A stretch of 64,000 nt of DNA from an uncultured Clostridia bacterium (GTDB lineage Bacteria > Bacillota > Clostridia > TANB77 > CAG-508), in contig CAKPLZ010000003.1 of NCBI GenBank assembly GCA_934167835.1, positions 11,426 to 75,425 on the forward strand, read 5' to 3'. Every line of letters starts with the position of its first letter. The stretch's first letter is position 1. The notes below the pieces were generated by a model that saw nothing but the letters and a program-made list of their open reading frames with translations, was not told where the DNA came from and did not search any database. This document shows, piece by piece, positions 19,375 through 30,061 of this stretch. The position numbers were made by a program, and so were the translations under genes.

Positions 19375-22010
19375 ATTCTTCCCATTACCTCTTTTTTAGG
19401 ATATACAACTTTTCCAAATCTTAAGTTGTTTATTGCTTTTTGAGCTTCCACTATTACTATTGGTAATATTGACATTATAATTACTGTAATCCATTGCATA
19501 GTGTTTAATGGAACACTATCAAATATTTGCGATATTTTAGGGCTTACAATAACTATTGCTTGCAAAATAAGACCAATTATAACTGCTCCTATCAAATATA
19601 AATTATCTAATATTCCTGTTTTGAAAATTGATTCATCACTCTTAATATTAAAACTATGTATTAATTCTAATGCACTTAGTGTGAAAAATGCCATTGTTCT
19701 TCCCTCTTGTATGCCATATATTTTTTTGCCAAGAGCAAATGTAAATAATGTTATCGCCCCAATCATTATTCCTTCTAATATGATTTTGCCCCATAGCCCG
19801 CCTGCAAATAGGCTTTCATTGATTTTCTTTGGTTTTTTATTCATTATATTTGGTTCCATTGGTTCTAATCCAAGTGCTATTCCTGGTAATGAATCTGTTA
19901 CAAAGTTTATCCATAGTAATTGAATTGCTACAAATGGAGCATCAAATCCGAGCAAAATTCCCATAAACATTGTTACTATTTCACCAACATTTGTTGATAT
20001 TGAAAAATGCACTGCTTTTTTTATATTATCATAAATATGTCTACCTTCTTTCACTGCTTCAATTATTGTTACGAAATTATCATCTGCTAAAATCATGTCT
20101 GCTGCATTTTTGGCAACATCTGTACCTGTTTGGCCCATGGCTATTCCTATGTCTGCATTTTTTAGGGCTGGCGCATCATTTACTCCGGTCTCCGGTCATT
20201 GCAACTACATTGCCTTTACTTCTAAATGCTTTTACTATTCTTACTTTATGTTCTGGTGAAACTCTTGCAAATACTGAATATTTCATTATGTTGTTTTCTA
20301 AGTCTTTGTCGCTTATTTTGTCTAATTCTTGTCCTGTTATTGCTATGTCTCCTGGTTTTAAAATTCCTAGTTCTTCTCCTATTGCTTTTGCTGTTAGTAT
20401 GTGGTCTCCTGTAATCATTACTGGTTTTATTCCTGCTTTTTTGCATTCTGCGATAGCGTGTTTTACGCCTTCTCTTGGTGGGTCTATCATTCCAATTAAG
20501 CCAGAAAATGTTAAATCCTCTTCTAGTTTTGTATCAATTTTATTGGGAAGACTTGATATGTCCTTATATGCTACAGCTATAACTCTTAGGGCTTTTTGCG
20601 CCATTTTTTCATTTTGTTTTTCAATATATTTTCTGTTTTCTGGGAGCATAGTTTTTTCTGAGTTTTCATCAATATATTTAGTGCATCTTTTTATTAATAC
20701 ATCAGGTGCACCTTTTGTTATAATTCTATATTTGTTTCCTATTTTATGTATTGTTGTCATCATCTTTCTTTCTGAATCAAATGGAATGTCATCTATTCTT
20801 TTCATTTCTTCATATAATGTGTTTTTATTTTCTCCATTTTTAAGTGCTTCCTCAACTATTGCTTTTTCTGTTGCTTCACCAGTTACAATGTTTTGCTCAT
20901 TTATTGAACAGTCTGTGCACATTGTTCCTAGTTTTAGAACTTCTGTTTTTTTGCTTCCACTAAAAGTCATTATCTCTACAACTTTCATCTTGTTTTGTGT
21001 AAGTGTTCCTGTTTTATCTGATGCAATTACTGTACTACTTCCTAGTGTCTCAACTGCTGGCAATCTACGAATTATACTGTTTTTTCGTGACATTCTTGTA
21101 ATTCCAATTGATAGCATTATTGTTACAACTGCTGGTAAGCCTTCTGGAATTGCTGCAACGGCAAGTCCTACTGATGACATGAATATTTCCATTGTTGGAA
21201 TTTTTTTCAAAATTCCAATTACAAATACAAAACTACATATTGCAAGTGCTGCTATTCCAAGCTTTTTTCCTACATCTCCGTAGTCTTTTTTGGAGTGGTG
21301 TTTCTGGGGCCTCATCTGTTATAATCATTTTCGCAATTTTTCCTACTTTTGTGCTCATTCCTATTTCTGTAACAATTCCTTCAGCATGGCCACTTACTGC
21401 TATTGTTGTTGCAAAAGCAAGGTTTTCCATATCTCCTAAACTTGCATTTTGGTCTACTATTGCATTTGCTTTCTTTTCTACTGGTATAGTTTCTCCTGTT
21501 AATGCAGATTCTTCAACTTTAAAATTATATGTTTCTGTTAGTCTAATATCTGCTGGAATGTAGCATCCTGCCTCAATTAGAGCAATATCTCCTACCACTA
21601 AATCTTCACTTGGGATTTGCTTTACTTGTCCGCCTCTTTTAACTTTTGCCTGTGGTGCAGCTAATTTTTGAAGGGCCTCTATAGACTTTTCAGCTTTGCT
21701 TTCTTGAACTACTCCCATAATTGCATTTAGAATTACAATTCCTATAATTATTATTGAGTCAATATAATCATTGCTGTGTTCAATATAAGATATCACAGCA
21801 GAAATTGCACTTGCACATATTAGAATAATAATCATAAAATCATTAAACTGGCTTAAAAAACGCACAAAAATGCTTGTCTTTTTTGCCTCATCTAATTTAT
21901 TTTTTCCAAACTCCTTCTGCCTTTTCTCGGCTTCAACATCACTTAGTCCCCACTCACAACTTGTCTTAAGCCTTTTCTCAACATCTCGTACACTTTGATT
22001 TCCGCCACAT
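19371..22010 (-). pseudogene. P-type cation ATPase (Ca2+/Mg2+ family), split into 3 ORFs plus an N-terminal stub by interruptions at in-frame CGG (22002-22004, 21278-21280, 20185-20187)
   Basis: TGES, DKTGTLT, MITGD motifs; dropping the C of the 3rd CGG gives the canonical [22 protein letters not shown]; N-terminus MW(G)NQSVRDVEKRLKTSCEWGLSDVEAEKRQKEFGKNKL. Confidence 0.85.
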
Positions 22011-22137
22011 ATACTTCACTCCTTTGTGTTTTTATATTAAATTGTATTCGTGGAAATCTATTTTTATGCAAAAAATATATTTAGTAATAAATTTATTTAA
22101 AAAAATTGGATTTTTATTAAAGATTTTTAATTCGAAA

Positions 22138-22437
22138 TTAAAAATTATTAGATGTTTTAAAACTTTGCTTTGAATTATGTATTCTTAAAATATGTATTTC
22201 ATCTTTATTTTCTATAATTTTATACATTATTCTATATGATTTATAAATAAGTTCCCTCATATCATTCATATTATATTCCGGAATTTTTCTACCAATATAT
22301 GGCATAAATTCTAGTATATTTATTTTTAAGTATATTTCTTTTATTGTTTTTTGAGCATAGTAGCTAGAGTTCCTTGATATATACTCAAATATTTCTTGCA
22401 TTTGCTTATGTGCTTGGTTTGTTATTATGATATTCAT
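22138..22437 (-). CDS. type II toxin-antitoxin system RelE/ParE family toxin
   Basis: 99 aa; RelE/ParE fold features; overlaps the upstream small ORF by 32 nt. Confidence 0.7.
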   Translation of the reverse strand: MNIIITNQAHKQMQEIFEYISRNSSYYAQKTIKEIYLKINILEFMPYIGRKIPEYNMNDMRELIYKSYRIMYKIIENKDEIHILRIHNSKQSFKTSNNF

Positions 22438-22750
22438 TTATCCACTGCTCCATTTCCTCTTGTGATTCTCTTAAAGTCATACATTCTCTGTTTTCAATAG
22501 AATTATTGTTTTCTTCAATACTATTAATTATCCAAACATGATATATAATTTCATATTTGTCATTCATTTTTTTGAAGTATTCTGGATTAATTCTTATTGC
22601 TTTTATTATATCCATTAATGTTATTTGTGCCAGCTGCTCTTTTTCGGAATTCGTAAAATATCCAAAATTTTCTTCAATTTCATCTTTAGTCATTACACAA
22701 ATTTTTTCCATAACCATATTAGCGATTTGCTCTTGACTCACATTCAACAC
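22406..22750 (-). CDS. putative cognate antitoxin
   Basis: Upstream of and overlapping the RelE/ParE toxin in operon arrangement; no family assigned. Confidence 0.45.
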   Translation of the reverse strand: MLNVSQEQIANMVMEKICVMTKDEIEENFGYFTNSEKEQLAQITLMDIIKAIRINPEYFKKMNDKYEIIYHVWIINSIEENNNSIENRECMTLRESQEEMEQWINEYHNNKPST

Positions 22751-22792
22751 CCCTTCTTTTTTAATATATGTACAATTCTAATACAATTGTGC

Positions 22793-23365
22793 TTAAAAGT
22801 CAATATTTTTTAACATATCATTTAATTTATGTATTGGCAAACCTACTACTGTAAAATAGTTTCCAATAATTTTATCAACATACACTCCAAATGCACTTTG
22901 CACTGCGTATGCCCCTGCTTTATCATAAGGTTTATCTTTCTCTATCCAACTTTCTATTTCTCTATCTGTCATTTTTTTGAAATACACTTCTGCTATATCA
23001 TAATCTACCTGTTCCTTATATTCTCCACTTTTTTCTGAAATTACACAAATGCTTGTAATTACCTTATGTTTATCATTATTTAAGTCTTTCAACATTTCAA
23101 AAGCTTGTTCCTTTGAATGTGGCTTTCCATATATTTTATCGCCTTTAAGCACCATTGTATCTGAACCAATAACAACCCTATCTCCACTTGTTTCATCAAA
23201 CACAGTCTTCGCCTTAATAAATGCTAATCTTTTTGATTGTTCCTCAATAGTAAGCCCCTCTTCAAAAGTTTCATCACACTTACTTGGCTTTATTTCAAAC
23301 TTCAAACCCATCATTTCCAAAAGTTCTCTCCTTCTTGGAGATTCAGATGCTAATATAACTCTCAT
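22793..23365 (-). CDS. maf: Maf-like nucleoside triphosphate pyrophosphatase
   Basis: MRVILASESPRRRELL N-terminus and GSDTMV motif. Confidence 0.9.
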   Translation of the reverse strand: MRVILASESPRRRELLEMMGLKFEIKPSKCDETFEEGLTIEEQSKRLAFIKAKTVFDETSGDRVVIGSDTMVLKGDKIYGKPHSKEQAFEMLKDLNNDKHKVITSICVISEKSGEYKEQVDYDIAEVYFKKMTDREIESWIEKDKPYDKAGAYAVQSAFGVYVDKIIGNYFTVVGLPIHKLNDMLKNIDF

Positions 23366-23472
23366 TTTACCACATTCCTTTCGTTTGGAATTATTATATC
23401 ACAAAAAAGCTTTCCATGAAATAAAAAAAACTTATTTTCATAAAAATGTCCCAGCTAAAAAATATTGTTCTC

Positions 23473-23664
23473 TTAAATAATATGTATATTTTTTATAATT
23501 ACTTCTGTTTCTTTTATTATTCCATATATAAATACAATGTCATTTTCCCTTATATTCTGTATTGTATAGTCTGCTTCTTCGTTATATGTTATAACTTTTA
23601 ATTGTGTTTTATCTAATAATTCTAGTTTTATTTCTGCCTTTGCATTCTTGCCTTTCTCTAGCAT
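23473..23664 (-). CDS. hypothetical small protein; possibly the 3' part of a longer cupin-like ORF starting at about 23720
   Basis: Upstream ATG with AAAGGAGAAG RBS encodes MRQDVLNEINVF..., joining this ORF only through a -1/+2 change in a T5 run; unlike every other interruption this is not at a CGG. Confidence 0.3.
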   Translation of the reverse strand: MLEKGKNAKAEIKLELLDKTQLKVITYNEEADYTIQNIRENDIVFIYGIIKETEVIIKNIHII

Positions 23665-23831
23665 AAACCTATATTCAATTTCTTTTATTACTTTTCCCTC
23701 AAAAATACATTAATTTCATTAAGTACATCTTGTCTCATAAATATCACTTCTCCTTTCTAGAGACAACCTACATTATGTCGGTTGATGTATTTTTATTTTA
23801 ATATTCTTTTACCTTTTTAGGCAAAAGAAAA

Positions 23832-23857
23832 AATGTAGGTTTTCCTACATTTTTAAG
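23832..23857. terminator. bidirectional terminator hairpin TGTAGG-tttt-CCTACA with flanking A/T runs
   Basis: Read directly between paralog B and the small ORF. Confidence 0.5.
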
Positions 23858-23980
23858 TTGGGAAAAAACTACATTTTTATTATCTCATAAACACGTATAA
23901 AATTCGCTAAGATTACTTAGCTTCAAAGTAGCTTTCCTAAAACTACTTCGAGATATTTAATTACTGTATCGCCTGCAAGC

Positions 23981-25468
23981 TTACAGCGATACATAAAGTG
24001 CAGCACGGAAAGAAACGTCGTAACGGCTTTCGTTTGCTGAATAGACGTTGTAGCGAGAGTATGCTGCATTGGCCAAGCCAACGTCGTCGTAATTACCGGC
24101 CCTGCAAACTCGAGAGCTTGAAGAACTAGACTCTGTTGTCCATTCCCAGCAATTGCCTGCGAGGTCATATATATTGTTTTTCTTTGTGTATTCTGTTACT
24201 CCTGTTCCTAATAAATAACTACTATTTTCTGGCTTTTCAGTTGATGCTGTTGCATCGGTGAAATTATCTCCATAGTCGGTTGAATATTTACCTGTAAAAT
24301 TAAATTTACTATTATTGTAATTTCCCCAGCTTGTACTATCAAATAATTCTGCTCTGGTTACTGCATTTGTTTCCTCTAACCAGTTTAATGTTCTATCCCA
24401 CACTGCTGAATTTATTAAACTTGCTGTTACATTTGTTTTTCCATTATTCATTGTAGCTGCTTTGGTTATACTATCTGTTTGGTTTATATAGTTATATGGA
24501 TATTTATTGGCTTGGCTTAAAACTGCATCACCAGTTCCTCTTGGATTTGCACTTCCAGCCTCGTATCTTGCTATATAAAATCCTCCATATTTATTTACAC
24601 TGCCCTCGTGTGTGGCAATATCTGAATCAGTATATTGTTGCATCATTTGTTTTGTTATGGTAATAAATTCTTCTACTGTGTTACATTGACCCTCTGTAAT
24701 GGCTTTAGCAGCTTCATCTTCAGTTATATTTTGTTCTTTTGCTTGTTTTTTTATTACTGCTAAATCTATATCTCTCATTGATGTTATATCCTGCGCATAT
24801 AAGCTTTTTACATATAGAGTTTTAGAAGCTTCATCACTAGCTGTTTTTACTGTTACTGTATATTCTCCATTTGTTGTTGGATTAATTATACTTGTATTTG
24901 TTTTTCCGCTTACTGTAATATCATTATTTTCTGAATTTTTTGTTATTAATGTGCCTAGTGGATCTTCAATTTTTATTTCTGTTATTTCTTTTTTTGCTTC
25001 GATTTCAATTTTTATTTTTTGATTTTGTAATACTGGTACCCATACGAATTGGTCACTTGTAGTGTCATCCTGAATTACTACTCCTGTGTTTTTTTCTCCT
25101 GTTACATAACTATATCCTACTGGAATTGGGGCTCCGTGTTCTATTGATTTTATGTTTGTTCCATCTGATGTTACTGCTGTATCTTGGTGGGTTACTTCCA
25201 TGTTGATTTTTATTGTTGACATTGGATTGTTATTATTGTTATTTAAGTAATCTTCTACGCTAGCATACGTTTTATCCCCTATTTTAATTTCAGACCCAAC
25301 ATTTGCTTCTGTTTCTTGAGCTGATTTCCAGTTTTTTGTGGCATCTCCTGCTGACTTAAATAGGCCTGTGTTTAGTGCTACGCTTATGCTGACTGCTACT
25401 AGGATTAACATTACAATTATCGTAATAATCAAGGCGATTAATGTTATTCCTTTGTTTCTATTTTGCAT
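23981..25468 (-). CDS. prepilin-like N-terminus / FGE (SUMF1, DUF323)-like C-terminal domain protein, paralog B (intact, 495 aa)
   Basis: N-terminal 60 aa near-identical to paralogs A and C; complete FGE-like C-terminus GNCWEWTTE..RVCRAGNYDD...SFRAALYVSL; K/E/I-rich variable middle. Confidence 0.8.
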   Translation of the reverse strand: MQNRNKGITLIALIITIIVMLILVAVSISVALNTGLFKSAGDATKNWKSAQETEANVGSEIKIGDKTYASVEDYLNNNNNNPMSTIKINMEVTHQDTAVTSDGTNIKSIEHGAPIPVGYSYVTGEKNTGVVIQDDTTSDQFVWVPVLQNQKIKIEIEAKKEITEIKIEDPLGTLITKNSENNDITVSGKTNTSIINPTTNGEYTVTVKTASDEASKTLYVKSLYAQDITSMRDIDLAVIKKQAKEQNITEDEAAKAITEGQCNTVEEFITITKQMMQQYTDSDIATHEGSVNKYGGFYIARYEAGSANPRGTGDAVLSQANKYPYNYINQTDSITKAATMNNGKTNVTASLINSAVWDRTLNWLEETNAVTRAELFDSTSWGNYNNSKFNFTGKYSTDYGDNFTDATASTEKPENSSYLLGTGVTEYTKKNNIYDLAGNCWEWTTESSSSSSRVCRAGNYDDVGLANAAYSRYNVYSANESRYDVSFRAALYVSL

Positions 25469-25880
25469 TTTAATTCCCCCTTTTGTATTTTTTTAAATTT
25501 TTCTTGTTGTTATTTTGTTTTATTTTCTTGCAAATTATTCTGTTTTTTTTGCACATTGGAATAACAGCTTTTGCAAACAGACTTTGCTTTTTACTTTTCT
25601 ATTTACTTTTCAATGTGCTTTATTATTAATTAGAATAATTTACACAAATAATATATATCATTTTGTATTTTCTTGTCAAGTGGTTTCTTAAAAAAACCGG
25701 CTATTTTTAGATATTAATCTTACAATAGACGTTAGTTTTACAAACTATATTTTACTTTTACAATTTACCAGAAGTATATTGTTATTTTGTACAAAAAACA
25801 AGAAATAATTCTTGTTTTCTCTTTATTTTTCCCGTTTTTTGTTATATAATATTATGTAATTATTTCAAAGAGGTGAATTT

Positions 25881-28289
25881 ATGGAATATAATCATAGTAA
25901 AATCGAGAAAAAATGGCAGAAATATTGGGATGATAATGAGAGTTTTAAGGCTATTACAGGTGATAAAAAACCACCTTATTATATTTTAGTTGAATTTCCT
26001 TACCCTTCTGGTGCTGGGCTTCACGTTGGGCATGTTAGAAGTTATACAGCTCAAGATGCTTTAGCTAGAATGAAGAGGCTTCAAGGATATAATGTTTTAT
26101 ACCCTATGGGTTGGGATGCTTTTGGTGCTCCTGCTGAGCAGTATGCTATTAAAAATCATATTCATCCAAAGGATGCTGTTAGGGAAAATATTCATACATT
26201 TAAGGGACAAATGAAAAATTTAGGTTTTTCTTTTGATTGGTCTCGTGAATTTTCAACAACAGACCCTGATTATTATAAATGGACACAATGGCAATTTTTA
26301 CAATTTTATAAACATGGCATGGCATATAAAGATACTATTCCTGTTAATTGGTGCCCAACTTGTAAAACTGTTTTATCTAATGAGGATGCAGCAGGTGGAG
26401 TTTGTGAAAGATGTGGCTCACAAGTTGTTCAAAAGGAAAAATCTCAATGGATGCTTAGAATGAGTGATTATGCAGAAGATTTGTTAAACGGATTAGATGA
26501 TACAAATTTTGCAGATAGAGTAAAACTTGGTCAAATTAATTGGATAGGTAAATCAACTGGTGTTGAGGTTGATGTAAAAATAGTTGGTGGTGGAAGTTTT
26601 TCAATTTTCACAACTTGTATTGAAACTATTTATGGTGTTACATTCTTTGTTATTGCACCTGATGGAAAATTAATTAAGGAATTAATGCCTCGTGTTCAAA
26701 ATAAAGAAGAAGTTCAAAATTATATTAATGAAACTGCAAAAAAATCTAGCATGGATAGAACTGACCTAAATAAAGGAAAAACAGGTTGTATTGTAAAGGG
26801 AGTTACTGCTATTAACCCAGTTAATGGTAAAGAAGTTCCAATTTTCCTTGGAGATTTTGTTTTAGGTGACTATGGAACAGGTGCAGTTATGGCAGTTCCT
26901 TCACATGATCAAAGAGATTTTGAATATGCAAAAGCACACAATTTGCAAATGATTCAAGTAATTGATGGAAAAGATACAACTGAGCATGCTTTTGAAAAAC
27001 AAGATTATTTAAATAAAGGTTGTAAATTAATAAATTCAGAAGAATTTACAGGCCTTACTGTTGAAGAAGCTAAAGAAAAAATTACAGATAAGCTTGTAAA
27101 TATGGGAATTGCAAAAAAGGTTAATAATTATAAAATGAGAGATTGGATTTTCTCTCGCCAAAGATTTTGGGGAGAACCAATCCCAATGATATATTGCGAA
27201 AAATGTGGTTGGCAACCAATGAAAGAAGAAGATTTGCCATTACTTCTTCCAGATGTTGCAGAATATGAACCAACTGAAAACGGCGAAAGTCCTCTTGCAA
27301 ATATCACATCTTGGATAAATACAACTTGTCCTCATTGTGGTGGAAAAGCTAAGAGAGAAACAGATACCATGCCAAACTGGGCAGGTTCTAGCTGGTATTT
27401 CCTAAGATTCATGGACCCTCATAATGATAAGGAATTTGCTTCAATGGATGCTATGAAATATTGGGATAAAGTTGACTGGTATAATGGTGGTATGGAACAT
27501 ACTGCAAGACACTTGTTATATGCAAGATTTTGGGTACAATTCTTATATAATATTGGCCTAGTTCCTAAAAAAGAAATGATTTGGACTCGTGTTAGCCATG
27601 GAATGGTTTTAGGTTCAAATAATGAAAAAATGAGCAAGTCAAAAGGAAATGTTATTAATCCAGATGATATAGTAAATGAGTATGGTGCAGATACTTTAAG
27701 GTTATATGAAATGTTTATGGGAGATTACACACAAGATGCACCTTGGAGTACAGATTCATTAAAAGGTTGCAAACGCTTTATTGATAAAGTTATTCGTTTA
27801 AAAGATAAAATTGTAGATGGAAATGGTTACTCTAAAAAATTAGAACCAATTATCCATAAAACAATTAAAAAAGTGCAAAATGATTTATCTACAATGGCCT
27901 ATAATACAGCTGTTTCAAGCCTTATGATTTTAGCAAATAGCCTAGATGAAATGTCTGGAATAACAAAAGATGATTATCATTTGCTATTAACACTTTTAAA
28001 CCCTATAGCACCACACATTACAGAAGAGTTAAATCAATCTTTAGGTTTTAACCCAATCTGCGAATCAAAATGGCCTGAATATGATGAAGCAAAAACAATT
28101 GATAGTGAGATTGAATTACCTATTCAAATTAATGGTAGAGTAAAAGGAACTGTGAAAGTTGCTTTAAATAGTGATGAAGAAACAGTAAAAAATGCTGCAC
28201 ATAAAGAAATTGCAGAGCTTCTTGAAGGTAAAAATATTGTGAAAGAGATTTATGTGAAAAATAAAATATTTAATATTGTTGTCAAATAG
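25881..28289 (+). CDS. leuS: leucine--tRNA ligase
   Basis: PYPSGAGLHVGHVRSY HIGH region, KMSKSKGN, editing CP1 domain; 802 aa. Confidence 0.95.
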   Translation: MEYNHSKIEKKWQKYWDDNESFKAITGDKKPPYYILVEFPYPSGAGLHVGHVRSYTAQDALARMKRLQGYNVLYPMGWDAFGAPAEQYAIKNHIHPKDAVRENIHTFKGQMKNLGFSFDWSREFSTTDPDYYKWTQWQFLQFYKHGMAYKDTIPVNWCPTCKTVLSNEDAAGGVCERCGSQVVQKEKSQWMLRMSDYAEDLLNGLDDTNFADRVKLGQINWIGKSTGVEVDVKIVGGGSFSIFTTCIETIYGVTFFVIAPDGKLIKELMPRVQNKEEVQNYINETAKKSSMDRTDLNKGKTGCIVKGVTAINPVNGKEVPIFLGDFVLGDYGTGAVMAVPSHDQRDFEYAKAHNLQMIQVIDGKDTTEHAFEKQDYLNKGCKLINSEEFTGLTVEEAKEKITDKLVNMGIAKKVNNYKMRDWIFSRQRFWGEPIPMIYCEKCGWQPMKEEDLPLLLPDVAEYEPTENGESPLANITSWINTTCPHCGGKAKRETDTMPNWAGSSWYFLRFMDPHNDKEFASMDAMKYWDKVDWYNGGMEHTARHLLYARFWVQFLYNIGLVPKKEMIWTRVSHGMVLGSNNEKMSKSKGNVINPDDIVNEYGADTLRLYEMFMGDYTQDAPWSTDSLKGCKRFIDKVIRLKDKIVDGNGYSKKLEPIIHKTIKKVQNDLSTMAYNTAVSSLMILANSLDEMSGITKDDYHLLLTLLNPIAPHITEELNQSLGFNPICESKWPEYDEAKTIDSEIELPIQINGRVKGTVKVALNSDEETVKNAAHKEIAELLEGKNIVKEIYVKNKIFNIVVK

Positions 28290-28444
28290 AAAAATATATG
28301 ATATAATATCGCCATCCTTTTCAAAGGAAATCTTTGTGAAAGGAGGCGATTTATTTGACAGCTTTCGACTTGATCTTTTTTCTGATTATTTTACTTTTAA
28401 GTAATTATTGGGGAAAAGATGATAACAACAGGTAGAAATGCCAA

Positions 28445-28474
28445 AGAGTAGTCTGGTCAACTACTCTTTTTTTG
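28445..28474 (+). terminator. rho-independent terminator AGAGTAGT-ctggtcaa-ACTACTCT plus T7, about 150 nt downstream of leuS
   Basis: Read directly. Confidence 0.6.
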
Positions 28475-28713
28475 ATAAAAAAAGAGATATGTGGTCAACA
28501 TATCTCACGCGATTTATTGTTGCTTTCGACTACAACTTCGCTAGCTATGATAATTATAGCATTATTTTTATTATATGTCAAATATATTTTAATTATTCCT
28601 TGTAACAATTTGACAATTTTTTAATGTTGTAGTATACTTTATTAAGCAATTGCAAAGGTCAACTCTAGACAAATGCTCAGGATATATGTATCGGTAGTGC
28701 ATATATCCATTTT

Positions 28714-29778
28714 TTAATTTTCTTCATTTCCTTTAAGTTTTTCTGCCCTATCTGCTGCAATTAGGTTGTCTATCATTTCATCTAAATCCCCATTTAAGAA
28801 ATTTTCCATTTGGAATATACTAAACCCAATTCTATGGTCTGTTATTCTTCCTTGTGGATAATTATAAGTTCTAATTTTCTCGCTTCTATCTCCTGTTCCA
28901 ACTTGACTTCTTCTTTCATTGTGAAGCTCTTCATCTTGTTTTTGTTTTTCTATTTCATATAATCTTGATTTCAACAATCTCATTGCATATTCTCTATTTT
29001 GTGTTTGAGAACGCTCTGTTTGACATTCTGCTACAATTCCTGTTGGTTCATGAATTAATCTTACTGCTGATGATGTTTTATTAACCTTTTGTCCACCTGC
29101 ACCTGATGCTCTAAAAACTTCCATTCTAACATCTGCTGGATTTATTTCTATTTCAACATCTTCTACAACTGGCAAAACTGCAACTGTTGCTGTTGATGTA
29201 TGTATTCTTCCACTGCTTTCTGTATCTGGAACTCTTTGAACTCTGTGAACTCCACTTTCAAATTTTAATCTACTATAAACACCTTTTCCTGATACCATGA
29301 ATGTAACTTCCTTGTATCCACCCATTTCAGTTTCATTTTCATTTAAAATCTCAATTTTCCAATGTTTTGCTTCTGCATACATTGTGTACATTCTAAATAA
29401 AGTTCCTGCAAATAAAGCTGCTTCTTCTCCTCCAGCTCCTGCTCTAATTTCACAAATTGTATTTTTATCATCATCTGGATCTTTTGGAATTAACAATACT
29501 TTTAATTCTTCTTCAAGCTGAGGAATTTTCTCTCTAAGCTCATCCATTTCAGCCTCTGCAAGCTCTCTTAACTCTTTATCACTTGCCATTATTTTAGCTT
29601 CCTCAAAATCAGCTTTAGCTTTTTTATATTCTCTATACTTAGAAACAACATCCTCAAGCCCAGCATGCTCCTTCATAAGCTTCTGCCATTCCTGAGTTCT
29701 AGCAATCACCTCAGGATCACTAATCTTTGTTGTTAACTCATCATACCTTTTTTCAACATCCTCTAATTTTTGAAACAT
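28714..29778 (-). CDS. prfA: peptide chain release factor 1
   Basis: GGQ motif [23 protein letters not shown]; RF1-type [17 protein letters not shown] and [16 protein letters not shown]. Confidence 0.9.
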   Translation of the reverse strand: MFQKLEDVEKRYDELTTKISDPEVIARTQEWQKLMKEHAGLEDVVSKYREYKKAKADFEEAKIMASDKELRELAEAEMDELREKIPQLEEELKVLLIPKDPDDDKNTICEIRAGAGGEEAALFAGTLFRMYTMYAEAKHWKIEILNENETEMGGYKEVTFMVSGKGVYSRLKFESGVHRVQRVPDTESSGRIHTSTATVAVLPVVEDVEIEINPADVRMEVFRASGAGGQKVNKTSSAVRLIHEPTGIVAECQTERSQTQNREYAMRLLKSRLYEIEKQKQDEELHNERRSQVGTGDRSEKIRTYNYPQGRITDHRIGFSIFQMENFLNGDLDEMIDNLIAADRAEKLKGNEEN

Positions 29779-29935
29779 AAACTCTCTCCTTAATTTAATT
29801 TATACTAAATAATTATATACCATTTTCCGTGAATTTACAAGGTTTTTGCTATAATTCTTGGCAAGGCTATGAATGAATGTTAAAGTCACAAACAAAAAAG
29901 TAAAAAAGCACCAAATCTTTATAACACTTCTATTA

Positions 29936-29996
29936 TTACATGCAACAAAAAACGCCTACTGGCGCCTTTGATTGGCGAAAATTTTCCTCTTGGAAA
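29936..29996 (-). terminator. tandem hairpins downstream of paralog C (GGCGAAAATTTTCC-aagag-GGAAAATTTTCGCC, then AGGCGCC-agta-GGCGTTTTTT), a copy of the element at 4612-4675
   Basis: Direct reading; about 90% identical to the paralog A 3' flank over about 150 nt. Confidence 0.6.
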
Positions 29997-30061
29997 ATTT
30001 TCGCCCTATTACTCCTAATTTTGCTGTCCTAAAACTACTTCCTGCTATTTTTTACTGTATC

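Noticed and set aside
19970-21283. 437-aa plus-strand ORF and the Arg/Asn-rich ORF 20246-20446
   Set aside because: Both are antisense to the well-supported P-type ATPase, low-complexity, and lack RBS or motifs. They are spurious ORFs from AT-rich codon-poor sequence.
21233-21320. Poly-A tract (caaaaaaga) as the cause of the middle P-type ATPase frameshift
   Set aside because: The frame is restored more exactly by dropping the C of the adjacent in-frame CGG (cta CGG aga, giving L G D V G K K L G), the same pattern as all the other interruptions. No homopolymer change is needed.
23473-23725. Frameshifted DUF1255 (PpnP)-like cupin gene as a 15th member of the CGG-interruption set
   Set aside because: Joining the upstream ATG to the 63-aa ORF needs a -1/+2 change in a T5 run and involves no CGG. 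The similarity to PpnP (N.FFEGKV) is weak. I keep it as an uncertain small ORF rather than force it into the pattern.
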